64,000 bases of DNA, taken from positions 1,164,890 through 1,228,889 of the forward strand of contig CAVPIR010000001.1 of the NCBI GenBank assembly GCA_963705055.1. Direction: 5' to 3'. This DNA comes from an uncultured Actinomycetota bacterium. GTDB taxonomy: Bacteria; Actinomycetota; Actinomycetes; Streptosporangiales; Streptosporangiaceae. Shown piece by piece: positions 28,038 through 37,772 of this stretch (positions within the stretch are counted from its first letter, which is position 1; each line of letters starts with the position of its first letter). The translations under genes and the position numbers were made by a program. Below the pieces are notes generated by a model, which saw only the letters and a program-made list of their open reading frames with translations, made no database searches and was not told where the DNA came from.

Positions 28038-30733
28038 ATGTCCACGGCAGCCACGCGCGAGAAGGCCTCGGAAGCGCTAGCTTGGCTCGAGGTTCCGGTC
28101 GAGCAACTGCCATTGCTGGCGCTCTCCCGACCAGCTGACACTGCCCCGATCGCCGAGCGCGTGCTCGCGACCACCCGCGACCCCTATGCGCGCTCCTATG
28201 CGACGCAGGCACTCGGCGTCGCCAGCAGGGAACGGGGCAACGTCGCCCAGGCGGTGCGCTATCTGCGCGAGGCATTGGTCACGGCGGCATCCTGCGGAAA
28301 CGAACGGGAAGCGGACGTGCAGGCGAGCCTCGCGTCGACGCTGATCTACGCGGGCCGCAGCGCGGAAGCCATCAGGCACATGGATGAGGCTCTCAGCAAG
28401 GTGTCGGGCGCGATGGCGGCGCGGGTACGGCTACGCCGCGGTGGTCTCCTGCAGATCCTCGGCCGTCCCGGCGAAGCCGTCGACGATCTCCGGCGCGCGG
28501 CCCGGAGCCTTCGCGCCGCAGGCGACTCGGCCTGGGAGGCCAGAGCCCTCATCAACCTGTCGAATGCGCTCATCGATCAGGGCGACGCGGGAGCCGCCGA
28601 CGAGGCACTCACCCGTGCTGAATCCCTGCTGAGCGCGACCGGCCAGACGTTCGAGGCGGCAGTCGCCCGCTGCAACAGGGGCCTCGCGGCGTCGTTGCTC
28701 GGCAAGGTGCCTGAGGCGCTGGCGCACTTCGACGCGGCCGAGAAGATGTATGCCGTCTGCGGGGCACATCCCCTGGAACTCGCGGAGTCCCGAAGCGCAG
28801 CCCTGCTGGCGGCTGGCCTGAATGCCGACGCGCTACGGCACAGCCAGGAGGCTGCCGACATTCTGCGCAGCCAGGGCGGCACGGCGGCCTACCTGGCCAA
28901 CGCCGTGCTGCGCGTGGCCTACGCCGCGCTGGCCGCGCAGGAGCCTGAACTCGCTCGCGCCCGCGCCGCCGAGGCGGCGCAGATCTTCCGCAGGCAACAC
29001 CGTGAGCGCGGCGAGATGCTCGCCAGGATCGCGATTGCCCGCGCCAGGTACGCGTCCGGTGAACGAAGTCGCCGGCTGCTTCGCGATGTGACCGCGGCAG
29101 CTGCAGGCGGCCGACAAGCACCGGGTCGTCGAGGCCGTCGAAGCGCACGTGCTCGCCGCCGAAGTCGCGCTCGCGCTCGGCGACAGGGCCGCCGCCGGGC
29201 CGCATCTGGCTCGCGCGGCACGCGCCAGGTCGGGCAGGTCAGCCGCGGGCCGGGTCCTCGGCTGGCACGCGGCCGCGCGGCGGGCGGAGGCCAGCGGGCG
29301 CCGCAAGGCTGTCTTCGACGCCTGCGAGCAGGGCCTGCGGGTTCTCGATGCATACCAGCTGAGCCTGGGAGCCGTCGAGATGCGAGCCGCGGCGACCGGG
29401 CACGGCAGCGCGCTCGCGGCCATCGCGTCGCGCGAGGCGCTGGCGGCCGATGACGCGCGCCTGCTGCTGCGGTGGACCGAACGCTGGCGCGCGACAACCT
29501 TCGCGCTTCCGCCGGTGCGGCCGCCCGATGACAACGAGCTAGCGGCCAGCCTCGCGACACTGCGGCAGCAGACGCGGCTGATCAACGAGGCGACCGCGAG
29601 CGGCCGGCCGACCGGCGGGCTCGAGCGCGAACGTCAGCGTGTCGAAGAGGAGGTCAGGCGCCACGTGCTGCGGACCTCCGGCGCCATCGCCGAAGCCGGG
29701 ACGACCCGAGCGGAGATCGACGTCGACGAGATCCTCGCTGCGCTCGGCGACACCCGGCTCGTTGAGATCATGAGGCTCGACGGCCGTTTGCACGTGCTCG
29801 TCGCGACAGCGGCCGGTGTTCGCCGCCGGACCGGCGGGACGTGGGAAGCCGCGACGCGCGAGGCCGAGTTCACCCGGTTCGCGCTCCAGCGGCTCGCCTA
29901 CCACGCTCAGCCCGGCGGGACGCAGCCAGCGAGGCGGGAGCCAGTGCGAGCCATCGCGGCTGCGACCGCCGCCCTTGAGGCGTCAGCAGAACGGCTGCAG
30001 CGGGAGCTTTTCGCCGAAGCCCTGGACGACCTGGGCGATGGCCCGCTGATCATTGCGCCGCCCGCCGCGCTGCACGCCGTGCCGTGGGGCGCCCTGCCTG
30101 TCTTGGCCGACAGGCTCGTCAGCGTCGTTCCGTCCGCCAGAACGTGGCTGCGCGGCCGTGCGGCCGGCGCGCCCGCCGACCGCACGGTCGCCGTCATCGT
30201 CGGGCCCGGCCTGGAGAGCGCCGCGCTGGAAGTCGGCGCGCTGGCGAACTGCTACCCGCGAGCTGAGGTGCTGACGGGAGGAACTGCCACGGCGGAGAAC
30301 GCGCTCGCCGCGCTCGAAGGCCGCTGGCTGGCACACATCGCGGCGCACGGCAGTTTCCGCGCGGACAACCCGCTCTTCTCTTCGCTCATGCTCGACGACG
30401 GGCCGCTGACCGTGCACGACCTGCAGCGGCTCAAGCGCGCTCCGTACCGGCTCGTGCTCTCGTGCTGCGACTCCGGCGTGACCAGCTCAGCCGGAGCCGA
30501 CGAGCTACTGGGCTTGGTAGCCGCTCTAGGACAGCTCGGAACCGCGGGAGTGATCGCGCCTGTCGTCGCGGTGAACGACGCAGCCACGGTGCCTGTCACA
30601 TTGCGCCTGCACGAACGGCTCGCGGGCGGGGCCGGCAACGGCCGATGCACTGCGCGACGCGCGGCTGAGCCTGCGGGACGACCCGTGGTCATACGCGGCG
30701 GCGCGTGCTTATGTCGCCTTCGGAGCCGCATAG
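28038..30733 (+). CDS. TPR-repeat + CHAT (caspase-like) domain protein (~897 aa); 1-nt insertions near ~29097 and ~30630
   Basis: The N-terminal half has TPR-like Ala/Leu repeats. The C-terminal CHAT has His (WLAHIAAHGSF) and Cys (YRLVLSCCDSGV). Junctions: LLRDVTA-QLQAADKHRVVEAVEAHVLAAEVALALG and LHERLAGG-PATADALRDARLSLRDDPWSYAAARAYVAFGAA, stop 30731-30733. Confidence 0.82.
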
Positions 30734-30799
30734 ATGCGAGCGGATAGCCGACAATGAAGGCACGTACCTTTCATGGCGGTTAGCGGAGGAATGTAGGCC

Positions 30800-31438
30800 G
30801 TGGAGCAGGGTGAGGCAGACAGCCTGGTCAAGGCGGCTGCGGAAGGTGACGAGGCGGCCTGGCGGGCGATTGTGGAGCGTTTCAGCGGCCTCGTCTGGGC
30901 CGTAGCGCGCAGTTTTCGCCTCAGCCCATCCGACGCGAGCGACGTCTATCAGACGGTCTGGCTTCGTCTCGCCGAGAACCTGCTCCGCATCCAGAACCCG
31001 GACCAGCTTGGTGCGTGGCTCGCCACGACCGCACGGCACGAGTCGTTGCGCCTGATACGAGGCCGCGGGCGGGCCGTTCTGATGGATGACGCGACGCTGG
31101 TCGACCTGCTACCCGCGGACGAGGCCACGCCCGAGCTCGCGGCCCTCGAGGCCGAGCAGGCGAGTCTGGAAGCGCACCGCGTGAAACAGATGTGGCGCGC
31201 CTTCCGCAAGCTGCCAGCCCGCTGCCAGCAACTTCTCCGGGTGCTGATGGCGACCCGCCGGCCCAGCTACGCCGAGGCCGCAGCCGCCCTGGATGTGCCG
31301 GTCGGAAGCATCGGCCCGACCCGGGCCCGCTGCCTCCAGCAGCTGCGCCGGCTCATTGGCGAGGTATCCGAGAGCGAGTCGGAGGCTCATACCAAGGAGA
31401 AGGACAACCAGGAGGACGGACGTGCGGGACGAGCCTGA
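30800..31438 (+). CDS. ECF-type sigma-70 family RNA polymerase sigma factor
   Basis: Region 2 (AWRAIVERFSGLVWAVARSFRLSPSDASDVYQTVWLRLAENL) and region 4 (KLPARCQQLLRVLMATRRPSYAEAAAALDVPVGSIGPTRARCLQQLRRL). GTG follows GGAGGAA. Confidence 0.88.
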   Translation: MEQGEADSLVKAAAEGDEAAWRAIVERFSGLVWAVARSFRLSPSDASDVYQTVWLRLAENLLRIQNPDQLGAWLATTARHESLRLIRGRGRAVLMDDATLVDLLPADEATPELAALEAEQASLEAHRVKQMWRAFRKLPARCQQLLRVLMATRRPSYAEAAAALDVPVGSIGPTRARCLQQLRRLIGEVSESESEAHTKEKDNQEDGRAGRA

Positions 31439-31880
31439 CGACGCCGTGCTCGAGGAGCAACTCAGGCAGATCATTGAGCGCCTCGACCCGGTGCCCGAAC
31501 GGCTTCTAGCGGCCGCGATGGATTGCTATACGTGGCGAACTGTCGACAGCGATCTCGCTGAACTCGTCTTCGATTCCGTGGCTGAGGATCACGGGGTACT
31601 GGTGCGCGGCGCTGATCATTCCCGCCTGCTGTCCTTCGAGGCCCCCGACCTGACCGTCGATATCCAGGTCAGCGGCAGCGGATCGGCCCGCCGCATCATC
31701 GGCCAGCTAGCGCCGCCGCAGCGCTCGACGATCCAGATCCGCCAGGGCCGCGAGGCTGACCACCTGGAGACCGACGAGCTGGGCCGGTTTACCGGGCCGC
31801 TGCGAGACGGCCCCTTCAGCCTGCTGTGTACCGGCGCCGAAGGAAGCCCGCCGGTCGTCACCGACTGGATCACCATCTAG
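31422..31880 (+). CDS. Hypothetical 152-aa protein coupled to the ECF sigma gene; C-terminal carboxypeptidase-regulatory-like beta-sandwich signature
   Basis: GTG 31422 lies 5 nt after GGAGGA and overlaps the sigma stop by 17 nt. VRDEPDDAVLEEQLRQIIERLDPVPERLLAAAMDCYTWRTVDSDLAEL...TVDIQVSGSG...GQL...TDELGRFTGPLRDGPFSLLC. Confidence 0.6.
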   Translation: MRDEPDDAVLEEQLRQIIERLDPVPERLLAAAMDCYTWRTVDSDLAELVFDSVAEDHGVLVRGADHSRLLSFEAPDLTVDIQVSGSGSARRIIGQLAPPQRSTIQIRQGREADHLETDELGRFTGPLRDGPFSLLCTGAEGSPPVVTDWITI

Positions 31881-31942
31881 CAGCTGGTCAAAGACGCCCT
31901 GCCGCGCATGTAACCAGCACGCTGACGATCAGCGGCGCGAGC

Positions 31943-31967
31943 GCAGCGGCCGGAATTCCGCCGCTGC
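31943..31967 (+). terminator. Near-perfect 25-nt palindrome/hairpin (GCAGCGGCCGGAATTCCGCCGCTGC) 63 nt after the 152-aa ORF
   Basis: Outer arms GCAGCGG/CCGCTGC plus inner CGGAATTCCG palindrome. Located between the convergently ended cluster and dsbA. Confidence 0.4.
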
Positions 31968-31986
31968 CCGACCGGTTGCCACTGGC

Positions 31987-32691
31987 ATGCGTGTTGAGAT
32001 CTGGTCGGACGTGGTCTGCCCGTGGTGCTACATCGGCAAGCGCCGCTTCGAGCGCGCCCTCGCCTCCTTTGACCACGCCGAGGACGTCTCAGTCACCTAC
32101 CGGGCCTTCGAGCTTGATCCAAGCGCGCCCGCAGAGCGGACGGGCACCCACGCCGAGCACCTCGCCCGCAAGTACGGCATGTCGGTCGAGCAGGCCGGGC
32201 AACTGGACCAGCAGATGACCGAGCGGGCCGCCGCCGAGGGCCTGGACTTCCAGTTCGACGTCATGCGCGGCGGCAACACGTTCGACGCCCACCGGCTGCT
32301 TCACCTCGCCGGAGAGCGCGGCGCGCAGGTCGAGATGAAAGAACGGCTGATGCGCGCCACGTTCACCGACGGGCTGCCTATAGCCGACAAGGAGACGCTC
32401 GTAGGCCTCGCCGCGGACGTCGGCATTCCGGCAGACGAGGCCCGCGAGAGCCTCGACGGCGACGCCTACGCAGATGCGGTGAGAGACGACGAAGACCAGG
32501 CCGCTCGGTACGGCATCACAGGGGTCCCTTTCTACGTCGCCAACGGCAAATACGCGGTCAGCGGAGCCCAGCCAGCAGAGGTGTTCGGGCAACTGCTGCA
32601 GCGGGCCTACAGCGAGGACAACCCGCTGGCGCATGTCACCGACGGCGACGGAGACGTGACCTGCGAGGGCGACTCCTGCCCCGTCGGCTAA
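31987..32691 (+). CDS. DsbA family oxidoreductase (FrnE-like thioredoxin fold)
   Basis: MRVEIWSDVVCPWCYIGKRRFERAL with the CPWC active site; 234-aa intact ORF. Confidence 0.88.
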   Translation: MRVEIWSDVVCPWCYIGKRRFERALASFDHAEDVSVTYRAFELDPSAPAERTGTHAEHLARKYGMSVEQAGQLDQQMTERAAAEGLDFQFDVMRGGNTFDAHRLLHLAGERGAQVEMKERLMRATFTDGLPIADKETLVGLAADVGIPADEARESLDGDAYADAVRDDEDQAARYGITGVPFYVANGKYAVSGAQPAEVFGQLLQRAYSEDNPLAHVTDGDGDVTCEGDSCPVG

Positions 32692-32723
32692 CCCCTTGCG
32701 ACGGTAACGCTCTTGACGGCCAT

Positions 32724-33290
32724 CTACGTCAAGCCGTCCCGTCCCCTCGTGAGCCGGACCAGGAGCACCTCGAGTATGCGCGTGTCGCTGGGAATCTCGG
32801 CCCGTTCCAGCTCGTCGATCTGCCAGGCGGAGAAAGTGTCGTGCATGACGTTCTCATCGATGTCGTTCCGCACGCCGGCCACACGGAGCGAAACCCGGAG
32901 GAGCAGCTTGCCGCCTGGCTTTAGCACGCGGCGCAGTTCGGCCGCGTATCCCGGCCGGTCCTGTCTGGCCAGGTACTGGAAGCAGCCGCGGTCAAGGCAC
33001 ACGTCCAGCGTCGCCGACTGGAGTGGGGTACGCAGCAGGTCGGCGCGCAGATAAGCCGGACCAGGGTTGCGCTGGGCGGCAGCGACAAGGGCAATCGCGG
33101 ATAGGTCCAGCCCGACGACCTGCCAGCCGAGCGAATGCAGATGCGCTGCCTCGCTCCCGAGGCCGCAGCCGACGTCAAGCACACGGCCGGGCGCGGGAAG
33201 CCAAGCATCCGTCAGCGCGGCCAGCAACTCCGGCGACGGACCGGACAGATGCCACCATCGGTAAGTTCCATCGGCATACTGATCGGTCAC
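32724..33290 (-). CDS. Class I SAM-dependent methyltransferase
   Basis: Motif I VLDVGCGLGSEAAHL and post-I VVGLDLS; 188 aa. Confidence 0.85.
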   Translation of the reverse strand: MTDQYADGTYRWWHLSGPSPELLAALTDAWLPAPGRVLDVGCGLGSEAAHLHSLGWQVVGLDLSAIALVAAAQRNPGPAYLRADLLRTPLQSATLDVCLDRGCFQYLARQDRPGYAAELRRVLKPGGKLLLRVSLRVAGVRNDIDENVMHDTFSAWQIDELERAEIPSDTRILEVLLVRLTRGRDGLT

Positions 33291-33345
33291 CGCAGCTCAC
33301 AAGGCCGAGTCAGCAGCGAGCCGGAATCGTGAGCTAACTCGGGTT

Positions 33346-33705
33346 TCAGGATCGAACGAGCCTGGCGATGGCTTCGGAGGCTTCACGGATCTTGTCTGTC
33401 GCGGCGTCGCCGCCTTCGGCGACTGCTCCGGCGACACAATGGCTGAGATGCTCGTCGAGGAGGCCGAGCGCTACTGCCTGGAGGGCTCTGGTTGCTGCGG
33501 CGATCTGGGTGAGGATGTCGATGCAGTAGTTGTCTTCGTCGACCATTCGCTGCAGGCCGCGGATCTGGCCTTCAATGCGGCGGAGCCGTTTGATGTAGGC
33601 GTCTTTGTCGTGGGTGTAGCCGTACACAGGTGTCCTCCCGGCCGGAGCCAGGTCCTGGCGCGGGTCGCGCGTGCCTGGCTGCCAGGGTACGGCCTGCGGC
33701 GCCAT
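33346..33705 (-). CDS. csoR: Copper-sensing transcriptional repressor CsoR (metal-sensitive repressor family)
   Basis: KRLRRIEGQIRGLQRMVDEDNYCIDILTQIAAATRALQAVALGLLDEHLSHCV closely matches the CsoR core as I remember it, including the Cys...His-Cys ligands. The N-terminal start is uncertain. Confidence 0.88.
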   Translation of the reverse strand: MAPQAVPWQPGTRDPRQDLAPAGRTPVYGYTHDKDAYIKRLRRIEGQIRGLQRMVDEDNYCIDILTQIAAATRALQAVALGLLDEHLSHCVAGAVAEGGDAATDKIREASEAIARLVRS

Positions 33706-33742
33706 GACGCTCGCGGGGAGGCTGCGTTGGCCGCGGCCGGCA

Positions 33743-34911
33743 TCAGCCCGATGAGCCGAACTGAATGGGGACCTTCACGACCTGCGTGACGCGCCAAGCG
33801 GCGGTGCCATCCGCGAGTTGCCAGACCGTCAGCTTGGTGCGGTGGACGGCTAGGGCGCTGAACCCGCTCACGGGGCCTGGCGTCAGGGTCGCCGTCCCTG
33901 GGGGCAGAGCGCGGCAGCGGGCCCCATGAGTGCGAGGGACCGGAGATGGTTTCCGCATGTTTGCCGTTCAGGATGATCGCGACAGCGCCGCCTGGGCCGA
34001 ACGATGCGGAGGTCAGCCTGGCGCCGCCGAGCCGGACCGGGCTTGAGAGAACCCAGTGGCCGCCGCTGCCGTGTCGACCAGGCGGCGATCAGGCTCGCGG
34101 TCGGCCCGGCCCCAGCTTGAAGGAGTGCCACCGTGCCGGTCAGGGTCCGGGTCAGCCTGAGCACTGTGATGCGCTGACGGGCCAGCGCGGCTGGCGGTGC
34201 TGGCCCGGCTGCCTGCCAGGTCCCGTTCAGGAAGGCGAAGATTCCGGTGGTTCCAGGGCGGCTGCAGCTGCCAGCCAGCAGCGGCGCCCCGGCCGGCGTG
34301 AACGTCGCAGCCGTGAGTGTGCCGAGGCCGCAGCGCCGGCCAGCAGGTGTGGCGGCCAGGGCGCGCCGGCTGACAAGGGTGGCCCAGCGGGTGTAGCCGG
34401 GGACGGCGACTTTCGCAGCACCGCTGGTCAGCAGGGCGAGCAGCCGCCCCGTTCCAGGCGCGGCGGCCAGGGCGTCAGGCGAGTCGGCCAGGGCTGCGTC
34501 CAGCGGGCCGGCCACCGCCCACGCGCCGCCGCCGTCGCGGGTGACCGACAGCGGGGTGTAGGTGAGGTACTGGCTGGGCCGGATCGCAGTGATCAGCGAA
34601 CGCCCGCCAGCATCGGTCACCACCATGCCGCCGTTGTCGGCCACCCCGGGCGGGGTGACCAGCTTCCAGCGGCTCGTCCCGGCCGGGCGGACGAACAACT
34701 GCCAGAAGTTATTGTGAGCGGCGGCCGAGCCGCCCATGACCGCGACCGCCCATGTCCCCGCGGCCGTCGTCAAGGACGTGGCCAGGACCGCCACACCGCG
34801 CGGCTGCGGCCCGCCGGGGAGACTCCCCGCGGGTCCTGTCCTGCTGCCGCAGCCCGCGGCAACGACCGAGGCCGCGAGGGCGATCGCGGCAGCAGCTCTG
34901 CGGCCTCTCAC
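33743..34911 (-). CDS. Secreted lipoprotein of unknown function (~388 aa); two 1-nt insertions (~34058, ~33915)
   Basis: MRGRRAAAAIALAASVVAAGC lipobox. The body continues through three frames (...LIAAWST / GSGGHWVLSSPVRLGGARLTSASFGPGGAVAIILNGKHAETISGPSHSWGPLP / ALPPGTATLTPGPVSGFSALAVHRTKLTVWQLADGTAAWRVTQVVKVPIQFGSSG). Confidence 0.65.
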
Positions 34912-36738
34912 GGCCGCTCCAGCAGTTGCTGGGCCGCGTCGGCCAGTTCAGCGGCAAACGACGACTGTGTGGCTTGCGTGCCCGGCCCGGTGTCAAAGCC
35001 CAGTTCCTGGCGCAGGTGACCGTGCTGATCGATGACGAATGCGTAGTCACCATGGCCGATCATCGACCCGGCCGGCAAAACCTCCGCGTCAGGCACGCCA
35101 TAGCGCCGCCAGACCTTCTGAAGCTGGCCCAGGGAGCCGGTGAGGAATACCCAGTTGGGCACCCTTGCGAGGCCCTCCTGGCGGTTGAACGCCTGGATAT
35201 AGCTCACCTGGGTGTAGACGGGGTTGTAGTTGATCGCCACCAGTTCGACCCGTCGCAGCATCCGCGCCCAGCAACTGGCCGGCCCGCCGGAACTCCTGGG
35301 CGATCAGGGGACAGTCCGTGGTGCAGGTGTCGTCCAGGAAGGTCAGCAGCACCACCTTGCCGCGCAAGCTCGCGAGCGTCACGTTCCGGCCGTGCTGATC
35401 GGTAAGGCTGAACGGAGCCGCGGGTTGGTCGACCAGCGCGCTGGTCCCGTTGATTGCCTGCGCCAGGATGGGATCTGCGACGGGATTGGCCTGCGCGGCG
35501 GCCATCGGCGCCGCACCGAGGATGATCACGCCCAGTGCGCCCACAGAGGCGACGGACCTAAAGCTCGCCGTGGCAATCGACTGGCGCAGCGGCCCCAAGC
35601 CCAGCCGGGCGCGCCATCTCGTGCTCGGCACCGCGACTTCTTCCGCCTCCTCCGCCTCCTGGGCGGGCACGTGGGCCAGCGCCAGGTATCCCGCGGCAGC
35701 GAGCAGCACGAACGGGATCATGCTGTTCGGGTCGGTGCCCAGCCCGCCGAAGACGCCGATGTCCTCGATCAGCACCCAGTCCGCCAGGCACAGCACGGCG
35801 AAGCCGATAAGCGCCGGCCGGATCAGGGTCGGCCGGCCGGTCAGGAACACCGCGCCGGTGACCGCGAGCGCGATCACGGCGAGGAGATTGACCGCGAACC
35901 CGTGTGCTTGGTCGAACGCGGTGAACGCGCCGACCCAGTCGGAAAGGACATGCGGCTGCGGGGTGGCGGCCATATTGCTGGTCATGGCGGCCAGCGTGCC
36001 CTGCTTGCGCTGGGCGGTTCCCTGCCAGAACCCCCGCCCTGGCCACGCCTGCAGGACCGCCATCCCTGCCAGGAACACTCCGAGGCTGGCCAGGGTGAGC
36101 CGCCCAAGCCGCCGTGAGTGCCATGCCTGTGCGGGGAGCGCAATGAGAATGCCGGCTACGACGTACAGCGCCGCGGCGCCGGGGGCGCCGAACAGCCACG
36201 TGAGGCCAGGAGCGAAAATCCCGCCGAAGGACTCGCCAAACACCCAGACCACCAGGCCCCACGCGGCGCCGGCCAGCCCGCCGAGCCGGGACGGCAAGCC
36301 GTGAGCGGCGGCGAGCATCCAGATGCCGATGCCGACCTGGATCCAGACCGCCGCCGCCCCAGCCTGCATCGGGTGGAACGACCACGATGTCCCTGCCCAG
36401 TTCACCACGTGTTGCACCCAGGCCGGCGAACTCGCCGCGGTCGGCTGGATCACCTGGGATGGCAGCCCGATCGCCATCCCCGGTTGAGCCTGCAGGATCC
36501 CGTCGAAGAGCCACAGCGCGCCGAAGCCGGTCCGCAGAACTCTCCGGCCCTGAGCCTCGGCCGTTGCCGGTCCGGCCGGTTCGGCTGGCACGCCCAGCCA
36601 GGCACGGGCACTAACCCAGGCCAGGCCGAGGCTGGCGAAGATGAGCAGCGCGATGATCCCTTGATGCAGCAGCAGCGTCTTGAACGCCTCGACCACTGCT
36701 GGGGCGTTCAGGTTCAGCCCCGAGTTCATCCCTGGCAT
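34908..36738 (-). CDS. Polytopic membrane protein fused to a C-terminal SCO1/SenC-like thioredoxin-fold copper-chaperone domain (~609 aa); 1-nt insertion near ~35257
   Basis: About 10 hydrophobic segments, then FSLTDQHGRNVTLASLRGKVVLLTFLDDTCTTDCPLIAQEF (CxxxCP motif). It continues in ORF 34908..35261 (RRVELVAINYNPVY...NWVFLTGSLGQLQKVW...HGDYAFVIDQHG). The start could be 36738, 36729 or 36795. Confidence 0.78.
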
Positions 36739-36897
36739 GACGCCGCGTCGATCGCGTTCAGCTTCTTCTCGACGCGTGCCGCGCAGGCCGTGCACGTCAT
36801 CCCGGCGATCGACAGGTCCACGCCGGAAATCTACCCACGGGCAAAACAGTTCCGCAATTCGGAAGGCCTAAAGAATTCCGGAGGAACTAGCGGCAGA

Positions 36898-36968
36898 ATA
36901 CCGGGAGGGGGTTTGAGAAATACCGGGCGGCGGTATCTGAGGATCGCTGAGAATACCCCATTGGGGTT
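36898..36968. promoter_or_regulatory. Three tandem CsoR-type pseudo-palindromic boxes in the divergent SCO-operon/DUF5134 spacer
   Basis: ATACCGGGAGGGGGTTT (36898-36914), ATACCGGGCGGCGGTAT (36920-36936), ATACCCCATTGGGGTT (36953-36968). Each is preceded by GA(G)A. They resemble the TACC...GGTA GC-rich dyads bound by CsoR proteins. Confidence 0.5.
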
Positions 36969-37142
36969 CTGCCACCGCACACTGGCCTGAACGGCAGGCG
37001 GCTCAGCAAGCGAGGGGCTTTATGTGAATTAGCGCCAGCTGAATTAACCTGCCAGCGTCATGAGAACGCCGAAATCCGGGCCAGGCGCAGGCTCGTCCGT
37101 TATGGGATTTGCACCTTTCGGTTCCACCAGGCGGACGATGAC

Positions 37143-37763
37143 ATGACCGGCCCGCCGTGGCTCGCTGGCGCGCTCGCGGCCCTGATGATCCTGGTCGCCG
37201 CGGCGGCCGCGGCCCGCCTGTGCTGGTGGCGGCTGCACGGCCGGCCAGCCGACGCCGACGCCGACGCTTTGCACGTGCTGATGGGCATCGCGATGGCCGG
37301 GATGTTCGAGCCCGGGATCGGCCCCGTCCCCGCCATCGCCTGGCAGTTCGTCTTCGCCGTTGCGGCAACCTGGTTCACCTGGCAGGCAGCCCGGCGGCGC
37401 GCGCGGCAGCGGTACCCGGACCCTGCAGTCGCACCCCGGGCCTCACGTCGTCGAGTGCGGCGCGATGCTCTACATGCTCTGGCCCGCGGGGGCACGCCAC
37501 GAGGCGGCCGGCATGCCAGGCATGACAGGGCACGCCGGCGCGATCGCCGGTAATCCGGCGCTTGCGCTCGTGCTGGCGGCCGGCATGCTCGGCTACATCG
37601 TCTGGGCGATCGATCAGCTGCTATCCCGGACACGGCCCAGTACCGGCGCGCCAGGTCCCCGCCCGAACGACGCGGAAGGCCGCCACTCGCCCCGCGCCTT
37701 GCCGCCTGCCAGAAGATCACCATGGGCCTGACTATGGGCTACATGCTCCTCACGATGCTCTAA
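37143..37763 (+). CDS. DUF5134-like membrane protein (~206 aa); frame goes +1 near ~37410 and back near ~37690
   Basis: MTGPPWLAGALAALMILVAAAAAARL...ALHVLMGIAMAGMF, then HPGPHVVECGAMLYMLWP...ALALVLAAGMLGYIVWAIDQLL, then LAPRLAACQKITMGLTMGYMLLTML, stop 37761-37763. Family name is from memory. Confidence 0.6.
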
Positions 37764-37772
37764 AGGCACTGG

